Assembly: GCA_046351595.1 (NCBI GenBank)
Contig: JAXLYE010000002.1
Location: forward strand, 1,560,022 to 1,624,021
Length of the DNA: 64,000 nucleotides
Source of the DNA: Polyangia bacterium
GTDB lineage: Bacteria > Myxococcota_A > Polyangia > Palsa-1104 > JAEUJZ01
Direction: 5' to 3'
The notes below the pieces were generated by a model. The model had not been told where the DNA came from, did no database searches, and was given only the letters and a program-made list of their open reading frames with translations. Within the stretch, counting starts at the first letter, position 1, and every line of letters starts with the position of its first letter. This document shows positions 23,907 to 34,485 of this stretch, piece by piece. Both the position numbers and the translations under genes were made by a program.

Positions 23907-24959
23907 TTGGGTCACGATGCCGGCATGGCCCTTCACCCCGCCGCTGGCGCTGCCGCCGGCTCGAACGCTGCTGGCCCGAACGCTGCTGGCTCGAACAGTG
24001 ATCGCAGCTCTTTGGATGACCTGACGCTCGACGATCTGGAGGCCGCGGCCCGCCGCCTCGCCGGCGCGGTGCGGCGCACGCCGACGCTGCGCGCGATCGG
24101 GCTCAAGGAGCCGCCGGCGGAGCTCGGGGCGCTGTACCTCAAGCTCGAGCTCCTGCAGATCACGGGCTCGTTCAAGGTGCGCGGCGCCCTCAACAAGCTG
24201 CGCGCGCTGCCGCCGGGGAGCACCGCCGCGGGGCTGGTCACGGCGTCCAGCGGCAACCACGGCCTGGCCGTCGCCTATATCGGCCACCTGGCGCAGCTGC
24301 CGACGACGATCTTTCTGCCCACGGTGGTCCCGGCGAGCAAGGTTGAGAAGCTGCGGCGCTGGGGCGCGCGCATCGAGGCGGTCGGCACGGTCTGGGACGA
24401 CGCCAACGACGCCGCGCTCGCGCTCGCGCAGCGGGACGGGCTCTGTTACATCCACCCGTTCGCGGACCGCGACGTCATCGCCGGCCAGGGCACGCTGGGG
24501 CTGGAGCTGTGCGCCGATGCGCCGGAGCTCGACACGGTGCTGGTGGCGATCGGCGGCGGTGGCCTCATCAGCGGCGTCGCGGCGGCGGTCAAGGCGCGCC
24601 TGCCCGGCGCCCGCATCATCGGCGTCGAGCCCGTGGGCGCGCCGACGCTGCGCGAGAGCGTGCGCGCCGGCTCGCTGGTGCGGCTCGAGCGCATCGATAC
24701 GCTGGCCGGCACGCTGGCGCCGCAAAAGAGCGACGCCCTCAACCTGCGCCTGGTGCAGCGCTACGTCGACGACATCGTGCTGGTCAGCGACGACGAGATG
24801 CGGGCCGCGGCGCGCTGGCTGTGGTTCGAGACCGCGGTCGCTGCGGAGCTGAGCGGCGCCGCCGCCATGGCCGCGCTGCTCTGCCGGCGCTACGTGCCGC
24901 GCCCCGACGAGCGCGTCGCGGTGATCGTCTGCGGCGCCGGCAGCGACGGCATCGTCTGA
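23907..24959 (+). CDS. PLP-dependent threonine/serine dehydratase (threonine ammonia-lyase-like)
   Basis: The product has the PLP lysine motif GSFKVRGA, plus ASSGNHG and GGGGL. An ATG at 23925 is an alternative start. Confidence 0.85.
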   Translation: MGHDAGMALHPAAGAAAGSNAAGPNAAGSNSDRSSLDDLTLDDLEAAARRLAGAVRRTPTLRAIGLKEPPAELGALYLKLELLQITGSFKVRGALNKLRALPPGSTAAGLVTASSGNHGLAVAYIGHLAQLPTTIFLPTVVPASKVEKLRRWGARIEAVGTVWDDANDAALALAQRDGLCYIHPFADRDVIAGQGTLGLELCADAPELDTVLVAIGGGGLISGVAAAVKARLPGARIIGVEPVGAPTLRESVRAGSLVRLERIDTLAGTLAPQKSDALNLRLVQRYVDDIVLVSDDEMRAAARWLWFETAVAAELSGAAAMAALLCRRYVPRPDERVAVIVCGAGSDGIV

Positions 24960-24984
24960 GCCGCCCGGCGACCCGAGCGCTCGG

Positions 24985-25103
24985 TCATACATAGGACACC
25001 GGACTTTGTCTGGTGCGAACCCGCGCGAGAAACGCGCGGCATGGGGGAGGCTCGCTCGGCTTTGCCGAGTGAGGGGGCACGGGAAATTGCCCCCTGTATC
25101 AGA
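24985..25103 (+). ncRNA. Copy 1 of a repeated roughly 120-nt element made of four consecutive hairpins; either a structured RNA or a DNA-level regulatory module
   Basis: The four stems are ACCGGAC-TTT-GTCTGGT, CCGCGCG-AGAAA-CGCGCGG, CTCGCTCGGC-TTT-GCCGAGTGAG and GGGGGCA-CGGGAAAT-TGCCCCC. The second copy is at 51898-52016. Confidence 0.4.
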
Positions 25104-26307
25104 ACGCGCTCACGCCGCGCGGGCGGGCGACGACGACCCGCACGTTGCCCTGATCGGACAGCGGCGCCACCTTGAGCGCGTGCTCGTCGCCGCTATCGAT
25201 GATCAGGTCGTGCGGTCCGAGGACGCCGTCGGGCACGCCCTGCGGCCCCGAGTCCGCGAACAGGACGACGATGTGATCGAGCGCGCGCGGCAGCTCGCCC
25301 GCGCCCAGGTAGTCGACGGCCAGGATGTCGCCGGGGCGCACGTCGGCGCCGAAGCGCAGCGGCGGCTCGGAGGCGCTGGTGCACGCGGGCATCGCCGTCG
25401 GACAGACCCGCACCGTGGCCTCGCGCCCGAGCTTGCCGATCGCGTCGATCACGCCGCCGACGTTGGAGTAGCGCAGGCGCGGCAGGCCGGCCCGCCGCAG
25501 CGCCGCGACCAGCACGTCCGCGCAGTCGGCGCCGAGGAAGCGCTCGGCCTGGTTGCGGGCGCCGTCACCGGCGCTGCCGAACAGGTAGGGGACGTTGTAG
25601 AAGGCGGTGAGCCAGCCGATGAAGCCGTCGCCGGTGCGGAAGCTGTAGCGGAAGGCGCGCTCGGCGCCCGTGCCGCTCGCCGTGTCGACGGCGCCGGCGG
25701 GGCCCGGGGTCTTCCACTCGCGCCCGCCGCTGCGCACCGTGGCGCCCAGGCGCAGGGTGCCGCAGCCCTCGTGCTCGGGCGGGCGCGGCGCCGCGAAGCT
25801 CGACGGGCGGGCGTCGCGCACGAGCAGGCTGAGGCCCGCGGCCTGGTCGATCGCGTGCTCCTCGTACTCGATGCGGTCGTAGCCCAGCCAGCGGCCGTGG
25901 CTGGGCCCGAAGATCGCGGCGTTGGCGTAGACGCGCAGCGACGGGTTGGGCGACGGCGTCGCGGTGTGCGCCATGCGCGGCTCGATGCGGTGCCAAAGGA
26001 CCTCGAGCGGGCCGCAGCCGCTGCCGGTCCACGAGACGTGCCCGCGGCCGCCGTCCTCGCTGAAGACGACCTTGCGGCCCTCGAGCAGGCCGGGCATGAC
26101 CAAAAAGACCTCGAGCTCCTGCCCGAGCCGCGCGTCGACCGCCGCGGCCGGGGGCCCGTCGCTGCCGCGCAGCCTTCCCGCCAGCGTCGGCTCGCCGCGC
26201 AGCTCGCAGCGGGGCGGGGCGGCTCGGGCCGTGCGCTCGTGCAGCAGGACGGACGGTAAGGCAGCCAGCACCCCGATGAGGAAGACGCAGCGAGCGGTCC
26301 CGGTCAT
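25099..26307 (-). CDS. Secreted hypothetical protein, possibly an NlpC/P60- or DUF1287-like hydrolase
   Basis: The signal peptide reads MTGTARCVFLIGVLAALPSVLL. The C-terminal region GADCADVLVAALRRAGL...GDILAVDY...HIVVLF resembles the Cys...His arrangement of the papain-like NlpC/P60 fold. This is the only ORF in the interval with coding-type codon bias. Confidence 0.55.
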   Translation of the reverse strand: MTGTARCVFLIGVLAALPSVLLHERTARAAPPRCELRGEPTLAGRLRGSDGPPAAAVDARLGQELEVFLVMPGLLEGRKVVFSEDGGRGHVSWTGSGCGPLEVLWHRIEPRMAHTATPSPNPSLRVYANAAIFGPSHGRWLGYDRIEYEEHAIDQAAGLSLLVRDARPSSFAAPRPPEHEGCGTLRLGATVRSGGREWKTPGPAGAVDTASGTGAERAFRYSFRTGDGFIGWLTAFYNVPYLFGSAGDGARNQAERFLGADCADVLVAALRRAGLPRLRYSNVGGVIDAIGKLGREATVRVCPTAMPACTSASEPPLRFGADVRPGDILAVDYLGAGELPRALDHIVVLFADSGPQGVPDGVLGPHDLIIDSGDEHALKVAPLSDQGNVRVVVARPRGVSAF

Positions 26308-26451
26308 GCGGCTTCCTAACGGATAAGAGGCGCCGCCAGTCTAACCCGCCCGCGCCGCGCAGGTGCGACGGAGCGCGACAGGGCCCGGCACCGCGCCCGC
26401 GCCTGCGTTAGGCTGGGGGCCCACCGCGCCGAGGAGCTGCGAGGAGCTGCA

Positions 26452-27396
26452 ATGAGAGCGATGATCTTCCGCACCTACGGAGGCCCCGAGGTGCTCGAGC
26501 TGGCCGAGCTGCCGCGCCCCGTGCCCGGGCCCGAGCAGATCCTGATCCGGGTCCACAAGAGCAGCATCAACCCCGTCGACTGGAAGCGCGCCAGCGGCAA
26601 GCTGCGGCTGCTCATGCCGGTGCAGCTGCCGTCGGTGCCGGGCTTCGACGTGGCCGGCGAGGTGGTCGAGGTCGGCCCCGGCGTCACCACCTTTGCCCCG
26701 GGCGCGCGAGTGCACGCGCGGCTTTTGGGCGTCGGCGGCGCCGCGGCGGAGCTTACGCTCGCGGGGCTGGACGTGACGGCGCCGATGCCGGCGGGCATGG
26801 ACATGGCCACGGCGGCGGGCCTGCCGCTGGCGGGCATGACCGCGCTGCAGGGGCTGCGCGATCGGGCGGGCGTGCCGATGCAGGGCGCGCGCGAGCGCAT
26901 CCTGATCGTCGGCGCCTCGGGCGGTGTCGGTCACCTGGCGGTGCAGCTCGCGGTCGCCGCGGGCGCGACCGTGGTCGGCGTGTGCAGCACGCGCAACGTC
27001 GAGCTGGTCAAGGGCCTGGGCGCGCACGAGGTCATCGACTATACGCGGCCCGATCCCTACGCCGGGCAGGCGCCCTTCGACGTCATCTTCGACTGCGTCG
27101 GCGGCTCGCCGGGGCCGTGGCTTGTGCGGCTCAAGGCCGGCGGGCGCTTCGTGTCGGCGATGCCGGGGCCGCAGGTGTTCCTGCGCTCGGCGCTCAACCC
27201 GCTGGCCGGGAAGAAGGTGCGCGCGGTCATGCTCAAGCCCAACGCCGCGGACCTGCGCGCCCTGGACGCGCTGTACGAGGCCGGCAAGCTGCGGGTGGTG
27301 GTGGATCAGAGCTTCCCGCTCACCGAGCTGCGCGCGGCGTGGGAGCGGTCGCAGAGCGGGCGCGCGACCGGGAAGATCCTCGTCGACGTTTTGTGA
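26452..27396 (+). CDS. NAD(P)H-dependent zinc-type alcohol dehydrogenase / quinone oxidoreductase (MDR family)
   Basis: The N-terminal fold reads MRAMIFRTYGGPEVLELAELPRPVPG, and the Rossmann motif GASGGVGH is present. Confidence 0.9.
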   Translation: MRAMIFRTYGGPEVLELAELPRPVPGPEQILIRVHKSSINPVDWKRASGKLRLLMPVQLPSVPGFDVAGEVVEVGPGVTTFAPGARVHARLLGVGGAAAELTLAGLDVTAPMPAGMDMATAAGLPLAGMTALQGLRDRAGVPMQGARERILIVGASGGVGHLAVQLAVAAGATVVGVCSTRNVELVKGLGAHEVIDYTRPDPYAGQAPFDVIFDCVGGSPGPWLVRLKAGGRFVSAMPGPQVFLRSALNPLAGKKVRAVMLKPNAADLRALDALYEAGKLRVVVDQSFPLTELRAAWERSQSGRATGKILVDVL

Positions 27397-27408
27397 AGGG
27401 CAGGGCGG

Positions 27409-29049
<1,641 letters not shown>

Positions 29050-29278
29050 GGTCGCAAAGCTGTACCACGACGGCGAGCCCGCTTGCCAGCGACAAGAGTG
29101 GGCGAGGGGCTCTGGGCGAGGCGGGCCCCGGGCCTGGCCCGGCTCGGCCTGACGCAGACCGGCCTGACGCAGACCGGGCGGTTCCGGGCGAGAACTTGAC
29201 GGCCCGGGGGGGCTTGCAGGGAGACTGAGCCGCTCTCTTTCCTCTTTCAGCCGAGAAGGCCAAGCGAAAGGCAACGCC

Positions 29279-30058
29279 ATGGAGACCGCCATCACCACCG
29301 AGCGAATCACCGTCCACCCCGACGACGGCTCCGGCCCGATGGGCTGCTACCTCGCGCGCCCCGAGGGCGGCGGCCGCCACCCGGGCGTGCTGCTGTTCAT
29401 GGAGATCTTCGGCATCAACAGCCACATCCGCGACGTGGCCGCGCGCATCGCCAGGCTGGGCTATGTGGTGCTGGCGCCCGACACCTTCCACCGCACCGGC
29501 CCGGGCATCGAGCTCGGCTACAACCCCGAGGGCTTCAGCAAGGGCATGCCGCTGCTCAAGCAGCTCAAGCGCGACGAGGTGCTCTCGGACCTGCGCGCCG
29601 CCTACGAGGCCCTGCACAGCCGCGCCGACGTCACCGGGCCGATCGGCGCCATCGGCTTCTGCATCGGCGGCCACCTGACGTACCTGGCGGCGGCGAGCCT
29701 GCCGATCCAGGCCGCGGCGTCGTTCTACGGCGGCGGCATCGCCGGCTGGGACATCCCGCTCAACCAGCCGGCACCGACGATCACCCTGACGCCGGGCATC
29801 GCCAAGAACGACTGCCGCATCCTCTGCCTCTTCGGCGAGAAGGACGGCATGATCCCGGCCGCCCAGCGCACCGCCATCGCCACCGCGCTCACCGACGCCG
29901 GCGCCCGCCATGAGATCGTCGTCTACCCCGACGCCGACCACGGCTTCTTCTGCGACCAGCGCGGCAGCTTCCACGCGCCGAGCCGCGACGACGCCTGGCA
30001 GCGCGTGCAGGCGCTGTTCGCCGAGGAGCTCGGCGGCAAGCACGGCCGCCAGGGCTAG
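29279..30058 (+). CDS. Dienelactone hydrolase family protein
   Basis: The product has the DLH fold with GFCIGG around the nucleophile elbow and a C-terminal DHGF. Confidence 0.9.
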   Translation: METAITTERITVHPDDGSGPMGCYLARPEGGGRHPGVLLFMEIFGINSHIRDVAARIARLGYVVLAPDTFHRTGPGIELGYNPEGFSKGMPLLKQLKRDEVLSDLRAAYEALHSRADVTGPIGAIGFCIGGHLTYLAAASLPIQAAASFYGGGIAGWDIPLNQPAPTITLTPGIAKNDCRILCLFGEKDGMIPAAQRTAIATALTDAGARHEIVVYPDADHGFFCDQRGSFHAPSRDDAWQRVQALFAEELGGKHGRQG

Positions 30059-30111
30059 CCGGACCCGCGACGGGCCAGGCCGCCCGCGCCGCGGCCTGGT
30101 ACCATGCCCGG

Positions 30112-31062
30112 ATGGGGCGACGCAGACCGCTCTTCCTGCTGGCGGCCGGGGTGGTGATCACGCTGCTCGCCTGGCCGCGGGAGGCCCGCCTGGGCACCTA
30201 CGGCTCCCACACGCTCGTGCGCCGCGGCTTCACCCTCGCCGCGGACATCAACGTCGGCTCATACTCGGAGCCCGAGCACGAGGCCGAGATCTTCCGCTCG
30301 CGAAAGGCCGCGATCGACGCGCAGGCGAGGCCGCTGTTGCCGCTGTACGAGCGCTGGTTCGAGCGGGTGCTCGTGCAGAAGCACCCGTACACGGGCCGGC
30401 TGGCGGCGCTCGATCGGGCGCGCGCGGCGGCGAGGCCGAGCGACTACAAGTGGCGGCTGCCGGCGCCGGTGCGGCGCGCGACGGGGGGCGCCGACCCCGG
30501 CCCGGGGGCGCTGCTCGCCGCGAGCCCGCCGCCATCGCCGCTGAAGGTGTACCTGCACATGCGCGCGGATGCGACCGGGCTGGCGCGCGGACGGGCGCTG
30601 GTCGGCTTCGTGCTGGCGCAGCTCGCACTCGGGCCCAGCGCGGAGCTCGCGCTCGAGTCGAGGGACCCGCGGTCGCTGGCAGAGCGGGTGAAGCACGCGG
30701 CGGGCGCGGACTCGTACGCGGGCCAGCCCCACCTGATCGCGGCGCTGCTGATGGGGGCGCACGCGCAGGCGGCGGAGATGGAGCGGCTCGCCCAGGATCC
30801 GGGGCAGAGCGCCGAGACCCGGCTGCTCGCGCGGCTGTGCCTGATCGGCCTGCGGCATAAGGCGTGGGCCAGCGCGGACTGGCAGAAGATCGAGCAGGCG
30901 CGCTCCGCCACGGATCGCCGCACGCTGTGGACCTGGGTCCTGCTATTTGCCGAAGAGTCGGAGCTCGCCGCGCGCGAGGCCGAGCTGCGCCAGCGGCTCC
31001 CTCTGAACGAAGACGACGAAACCTACTTCTACCGCGGGTTCATCAAGGGCAGCACGGAGTGA
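30112..31062 (+). CDS. Hypothetical membrane-anchored protein
   Basis: The N-terminal transmembrane segment reads MGRRRPLFLLAAGVVITLLAW. Codon bias is consistent with coding. Confidence 0.6.
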   Translation: MGRRRPLFLLAAGVVITLLAWPREARLGTYGSHTLVRRGFTLAADINVGSYSEPEHEAEIFRSRKAAIDAQARPLLPLYERWFERVLVQKHPYTGRLAALDRARAAARPSDYKWRLPAPVRRATGGADPGPGALLAASPPPSPLKVYLHMRADATGLARGRALVGFVLAQLALGPSAELALESRDPRSLAERVKHAAGADSYAGQPHLIAALLMGAHAQAAEMERLAQDPGQSAETRLLARLCLIGLRHKAWASADWQKIEQARSATDRRTLWTWVLLFAEESELAAREAELRQRLPLNEDDETYFYRGFIKGSTE

Positions 31063-31162
31063 CGGACCGCACAGCGGAACAGCGCTTGAACAGACGTTAA
31101 TTAAAGAAGCATCCAGCCTGCGTATAATAGGAGGGACTGCGTAGCTCGATACGGAGCCTCCG

Positions 31163-31909
31163 ATGACAAGGCTGAGCGCGATCTCGATGGACTCGTTCCG
31201 ATCCTGGGAAGCGACGGTGCCGGCCGCGGTCCGGGCCTGCGGCTCGTTCGAAGAGGCGGCGCAGCGGCTCGTCGGGATGGTCTTCGAGCAGTTCCGTGAG
31301 TCCGTGGTGCTGGCGCGGCTCTACGCCATCATTCCCTACAGCCGGCTGCCGCCGCAGGCGCGCGAGTTCGCGCTGGCTGCCGCCGCGTCCTGGCACAAGC
31401 GCGAGCTGCTCGGTGAGGACACCAAGGTCCTGACGCTGAGCGGCACGCGCGGCGAGAGCCCGGCGTGGAACAGCCGGCACAGCTCGAAGGGCCACGCCGC
31501 CATCCCGCTGATCTCCGCCGCCGTCGAGGAGCACCTGCCGATGGTCGCGCGCATGATCAAGGAGCTCGGGTTCCCGATGGACTGGGTCCTGGGCTCATCC
31601 CGCGCGTTCGCCGCGGACACGTTCGGCAGCCTGGGCGGCTTCTTCTATGTCGAGGATGCGGAGACGGCGCTCGATGACGCGGGCCGGCGCATCATCCCGG
31701 CGCGGGACTTCGTCGCGAGCCACGGCGTACGGACCGTGTTCGGGACGGCCGGGGTGTATGTGCGCTCGCGGATGATCGTTACGCTCATCGTGTTCTGCCG
31801 CGAGACCCTGGACCGCACCACGCTGCGTCAGATGTTCATGCCCCTTGGCAACGTGTTCACCAACGCCACCGCGGCGGCCGTGCGCAACGAGCGACTGTTC
31901 ATTTCCTGA
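31163..31909 (+). CDS. Hypothetical protein
   Basis: A clean 248-aa ORF with GC at third positions is preceded by GGAGCC. Confidence 0.6.
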   Translation: MTRLSAISMDSFRSWEATVPAAVRACGSFEEAAQRLVGMVFEQFRESVVLARLYAIIPYSRLPPQAREFALAAAASWHKRELLGEDTKVLTLSGTRGESPAWNSRHSSKGHAAIPLISAAVEEHLPMVARMIKELGFPMDWVLGSSRAFAADTFGSLGGFFYVEDAETALDDAGRRIIPARDFVASHGVRTVFGTAGVYVRSRMIVTLIVFCRETLDRTTLRQMFMPLGNVFTNATAAAVRNERLFIS

Positions 31910-32323
31910 GCACACGGTCGGCGCCGCGCGGAGGGGCCAGCAGCCTGCCGAGATCCACCTACAGCGCACCCTCAGCGCAGCTGTAGTCCCGGCAGACGCC
32001 TGTTTCCACGGTCGCCGCACCTGCTTGGCCGCACGTGCCGAATACTCTTATAGTGAGTAACGTAGCCAGGCATTTCCTCGTCGCTGTTACGCTGTCTGTC
32101 CGGTAGCGGGAAGGCCGCGGGAGGGTTCTCTGGCTGCGCACGCGCGCGGGCGCGCGGCCGCTCCGGCTTGTGCCCCTGCGCGTACACACTCCTGCGCAGC
32201 GGTCGCCGCGCACAGCGCCAGGCCAGGCAGACACCCGAGGGCCGCGCCGACCCGGATTTAGGGCTTCCCCGATACCAAAAAGCCGAAGGAATCCGTCCCT
32301 CTGCGTCGTGAGATCCGGGCCTC

Positions 32324-32355
32324 CGGTTCCGGATTTTTTTTCTTGCGCCGGAACC
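32324..32355 (+). terminator. Hairpin plus a run of eight T residues (CCGGTTCCGG-ATTTTTTTT-CTTGCG-CCGGAACC) in a low-GC non-coding region
   Basis: It is intrinsic-terminator-like on the + strand, but sits 415 bp downstream of the nearest + gene. It may instead mark an sRNA 3' end or an AT-rich promoter element. Confidence 0.3.
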
Positions 32356-32397
32356 AGGAGGGGCGTGGCATCGTAGTTACTCGGGGGTTGTAGGTCT

Positions 32398-32411
32398 GTC
32401 CCAATTGGGAC
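32398..32411. promoter_or_regulatory. Perfect 14-bp palindrome GTCCCAATTGGGAC, a candidate operator
   Basis: It lies about 250 bp upstream of the DUF4331-like gene. Confidence 0.4.
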
Positions 32412-32440
32412 GGATGGACGGATGGAGCGCCGTGTCACCA

Positions 32441-32537
32441 GATCGCTCGCTGATCGGCTGGTTGATCTCCCGAGCAATCACTGATCTCCCATCTGATTTG
32501 GCACCTGATCTGGCACCCGATCTGGCACCGAAGGATC
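32441..32537. promoter_or_regulatory. Cluster of 7 GATC sites spanning three tandem copies of YGATCTGGCACC
   Basis: Counted directly in the sequence. Base composition predicts roughly 0.3 GATC sites in 97 bp. Confidence 0.5.
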
Positions 32538-32661
32538 GGGACCTGCGCTGCGCCGGCCAGACGGCCCGACGGAGCCGCTCCCGGCACAGCCGCTGACGCA
32601 AGGGCGTGATGTCAGCGGGTACGGACCGTAGAAGAAATCGCTTGTCAACTAGGAGTACTGC

Positions 32662-33387
32662 ATGAACTGGAAAAACGGGATCCTGGCACTCGGACTGGGC
32701 GCCGCTCTGCTGCCGGCACAGGCGGCGCTCGCCGCCGACCACCTCGACGGCGCGGCCGTGAAGACGGACGCCGCGACGGACATCAACGACGTGTACGCCT
32801 GGACGTCTTCGGACGGCTCGAAGGTGTACCTGGCGATGACCGTGTTCCCGGCGGCGACGACGACCGCCAAGTTCTCGAACGCGGCCTACTACGTGTTCCA
32901 CACGTCCAGCCGCGCGGACTTCCTGAACCAGACCATGGTTGCCAAGGACATCATCTGCAGCTTCGACGCCGCTCAGATGATCAGCTGCTGGGTCGGTGAC
33001 AACACCAACTTCGTGTACGGCAACGCCAACGTCACGACGGGCCTGACCGGCGCTGGCGGCAAGGTCAAGGTCTACGCCGGCCTGCGCAAGGACCACTTCT
33101 TCTTCAACCTGGACGGCTTCAACAACGCGCGCGCCACGATCAAGGCGCGCAACATGACCACGGCGATCACCATCGGCGCCAACGGCTGCCCGAGCAACAT
33201 CAACACGACCGAGACGGGGCTCATCGTGAACCAGCTCAAGACGAGCATGGCTACCGGTACGGGCACTCCGACCAACTTCTTCGCCAACCTCAACACCCTG
33301 GCGATCGTGCTCGAGGTCGACAAGACGCTGCTGAACGGCGGCGGACCGATCATGAGCGTCTGGGGCGCGACCGTGAAGAAGAACTAG
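32662..33387 (+). CDS. Secreted protein resembling the N-terminal half of a DUF4331-family protein
   Basis: The ribosome-binding site AGGAG precedes the ATG. The signal peptide ends ...AQAALA. The segments DAATDINDVYAW and NFFANLNTLAIVLEVDK resemble the DUF4331 N-terminal region as I recall it. Confidence 0.8.
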   Translation: MNWKNGILALGLGAALLPAQAALAADHLDGAAVKTDAATDINDVYAWTSSDGSKVYLAMTVFPAATTTAKFSNAAYYVFHTSSRADFLNQTMVAKDIICSFDAAQMISCWVGDNTNFVYGNANVTTGLTGAGGKVKVYAGLRKDHFFFNLDGFNNARATIKARNMTTAITIGANGCPSNINTTETGLIVNQLKTSMATGTGTPTNFFANLNTLAIVLEVDKTLLNGGGPIMSVWGATVKKN

Positions 33388-33405
33388 GCCAAGGAGCGAC
33401 CAACC

Positions 33406-34167
33406 ATGAAGCGAATCATTCTCCCCTCCGTTGCGCTGCTCCTCGGCGTCCTCGCCGGCTGCGGTGACAACACGCCGACCAACACCAACAAGTGCGCCAA
33501 CGTCACGTGTACGGGCGGCCAGACCTGCGATGCCAACACCGGCATGTGCGTCGGCGGCACCGTCGACAAGTGCATGGGCGTGAGCTGCACCAACGGCCAG
33601 AGCTGCGACTCCGCGACCGGCATGTGCGCGAACCCGGCGATGCCGAGCCTCGCCGGCCTGACGCAGATCGACCGCATGGGCCGCCCCGCGGTCAACACCG
33701 CGCTCACCAACCCCTCCGACGTCTACAAGCCGGGCGGGCAGACCGAGACCTCGGACGTCACCAAGGACAAGTACAACGCCGACTCGACCGTCGCGAGCTG
33801 GCCGACGGCCTGGGGCCCGGCGATCAAGCTGCACCTGGGCGTGTACGACATCCTGGACAACACCTGCGGCAACCAGATCGCGTACGGCGCGCTGGCCATG
33901 CCCAACCACACGCTGCTCTCGGTGCTGCTGGCCGGCGACGCGCTGCAGGTCGACACCAGCCAGACGACCTGCTCGGCGTACCTGGCGGCGGAGCGCAAGG
34001 CGCTCGGCGCGACGATCAACGACTGCGGCGGGCGCAAGCTCGACTACGACGTCGTCGACGTGACCTACTCGGCCCTGGCGACCGGCATGGTCACCGGCGT
34101 CACCGACGGCATCGCCCAGGGCACGGCGCCGGACACCACCTTCCCGTTCTTCAAGCCGCCGGTCTAG
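33406..34167 (+). CDS. Lipoprotein with two Cys-rich 'myxo' repeats and a domain resembling the C-terminal half of DUF4331
   Basis: The lipobox is LAGCG. The repeats are CANVTCTGGQTCDANTGMC and CMGVSCTNGQSCDSATGMC. The MGRPAVNTAL...KDKYNAD segment resembles the second half of DUF4331. Confidence 0.8.
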   Translation: MKRIILPSVALLLGVLAGCGDNTPTNTNKCANVTCTGGQTCDANTGMCVGGTVDKCMGVSCTNGQSCDSATGMCANPAMPSLAGLTQIDRMGRPAVNTALTNPSDVYKPGGQTETSDVTKDKYNADSTVASWPTAWGPAIKLHLGVYDILDNTCGNQIAYGALAMPNHTLLSVLLAGDALQVDTSQTTCSAYLAAERKALGATINDCGGRKLDYDVVDVTYSALATGMVTGVTDGIAQGTAPDTTFPFFKPPV

Positions 34168-34485
34168 CGCCAGTCCGGTCTCCCTCCTGAGCTACACCTG
34201 ATCTGTCCGTGAGCTGCGCCCGATCTGCTGATCATCAGCCGATCGGGCGGCCGGCTCTCCCTCCCGGGCTGCGCGCGGGCGCGGGAGCGGTGTGCGTGCT
34301 CGCCGCAGCGGCCTGGTCGCGCTGGGTCGATGACGTCCGTGGCCGCGCGACCGAGGCCGTCACCGACCGCGCGCCGCCGTTCCCGCCCGCGAGCGCGCGA
34401 CGAGCGCGAGGCGGCGTCGGAACGGCTGCGCGCGCTCGGCCTCGGCGCGGACCTCTTAGTGAGAGAGGGTTCGCAGGGGGCCCAG

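Noticed and set aside
24985-25103. MITE / IS-derived miniature element as an explanation for the two-copy hairpin element
   Set aside because: There are no terminal inverted repeats and no target-site duplications at either copy. The variation pattern preserves internal stems rather than termini.
25006-26259. 417-aa + strand ORF opposite the secreted NlpC-like gene
   Set aside because: The sequence is Arg/Ala/Gly-rich and lacks a signal peptide or domain. The - strand ORF has a signal peptide and globular composition.
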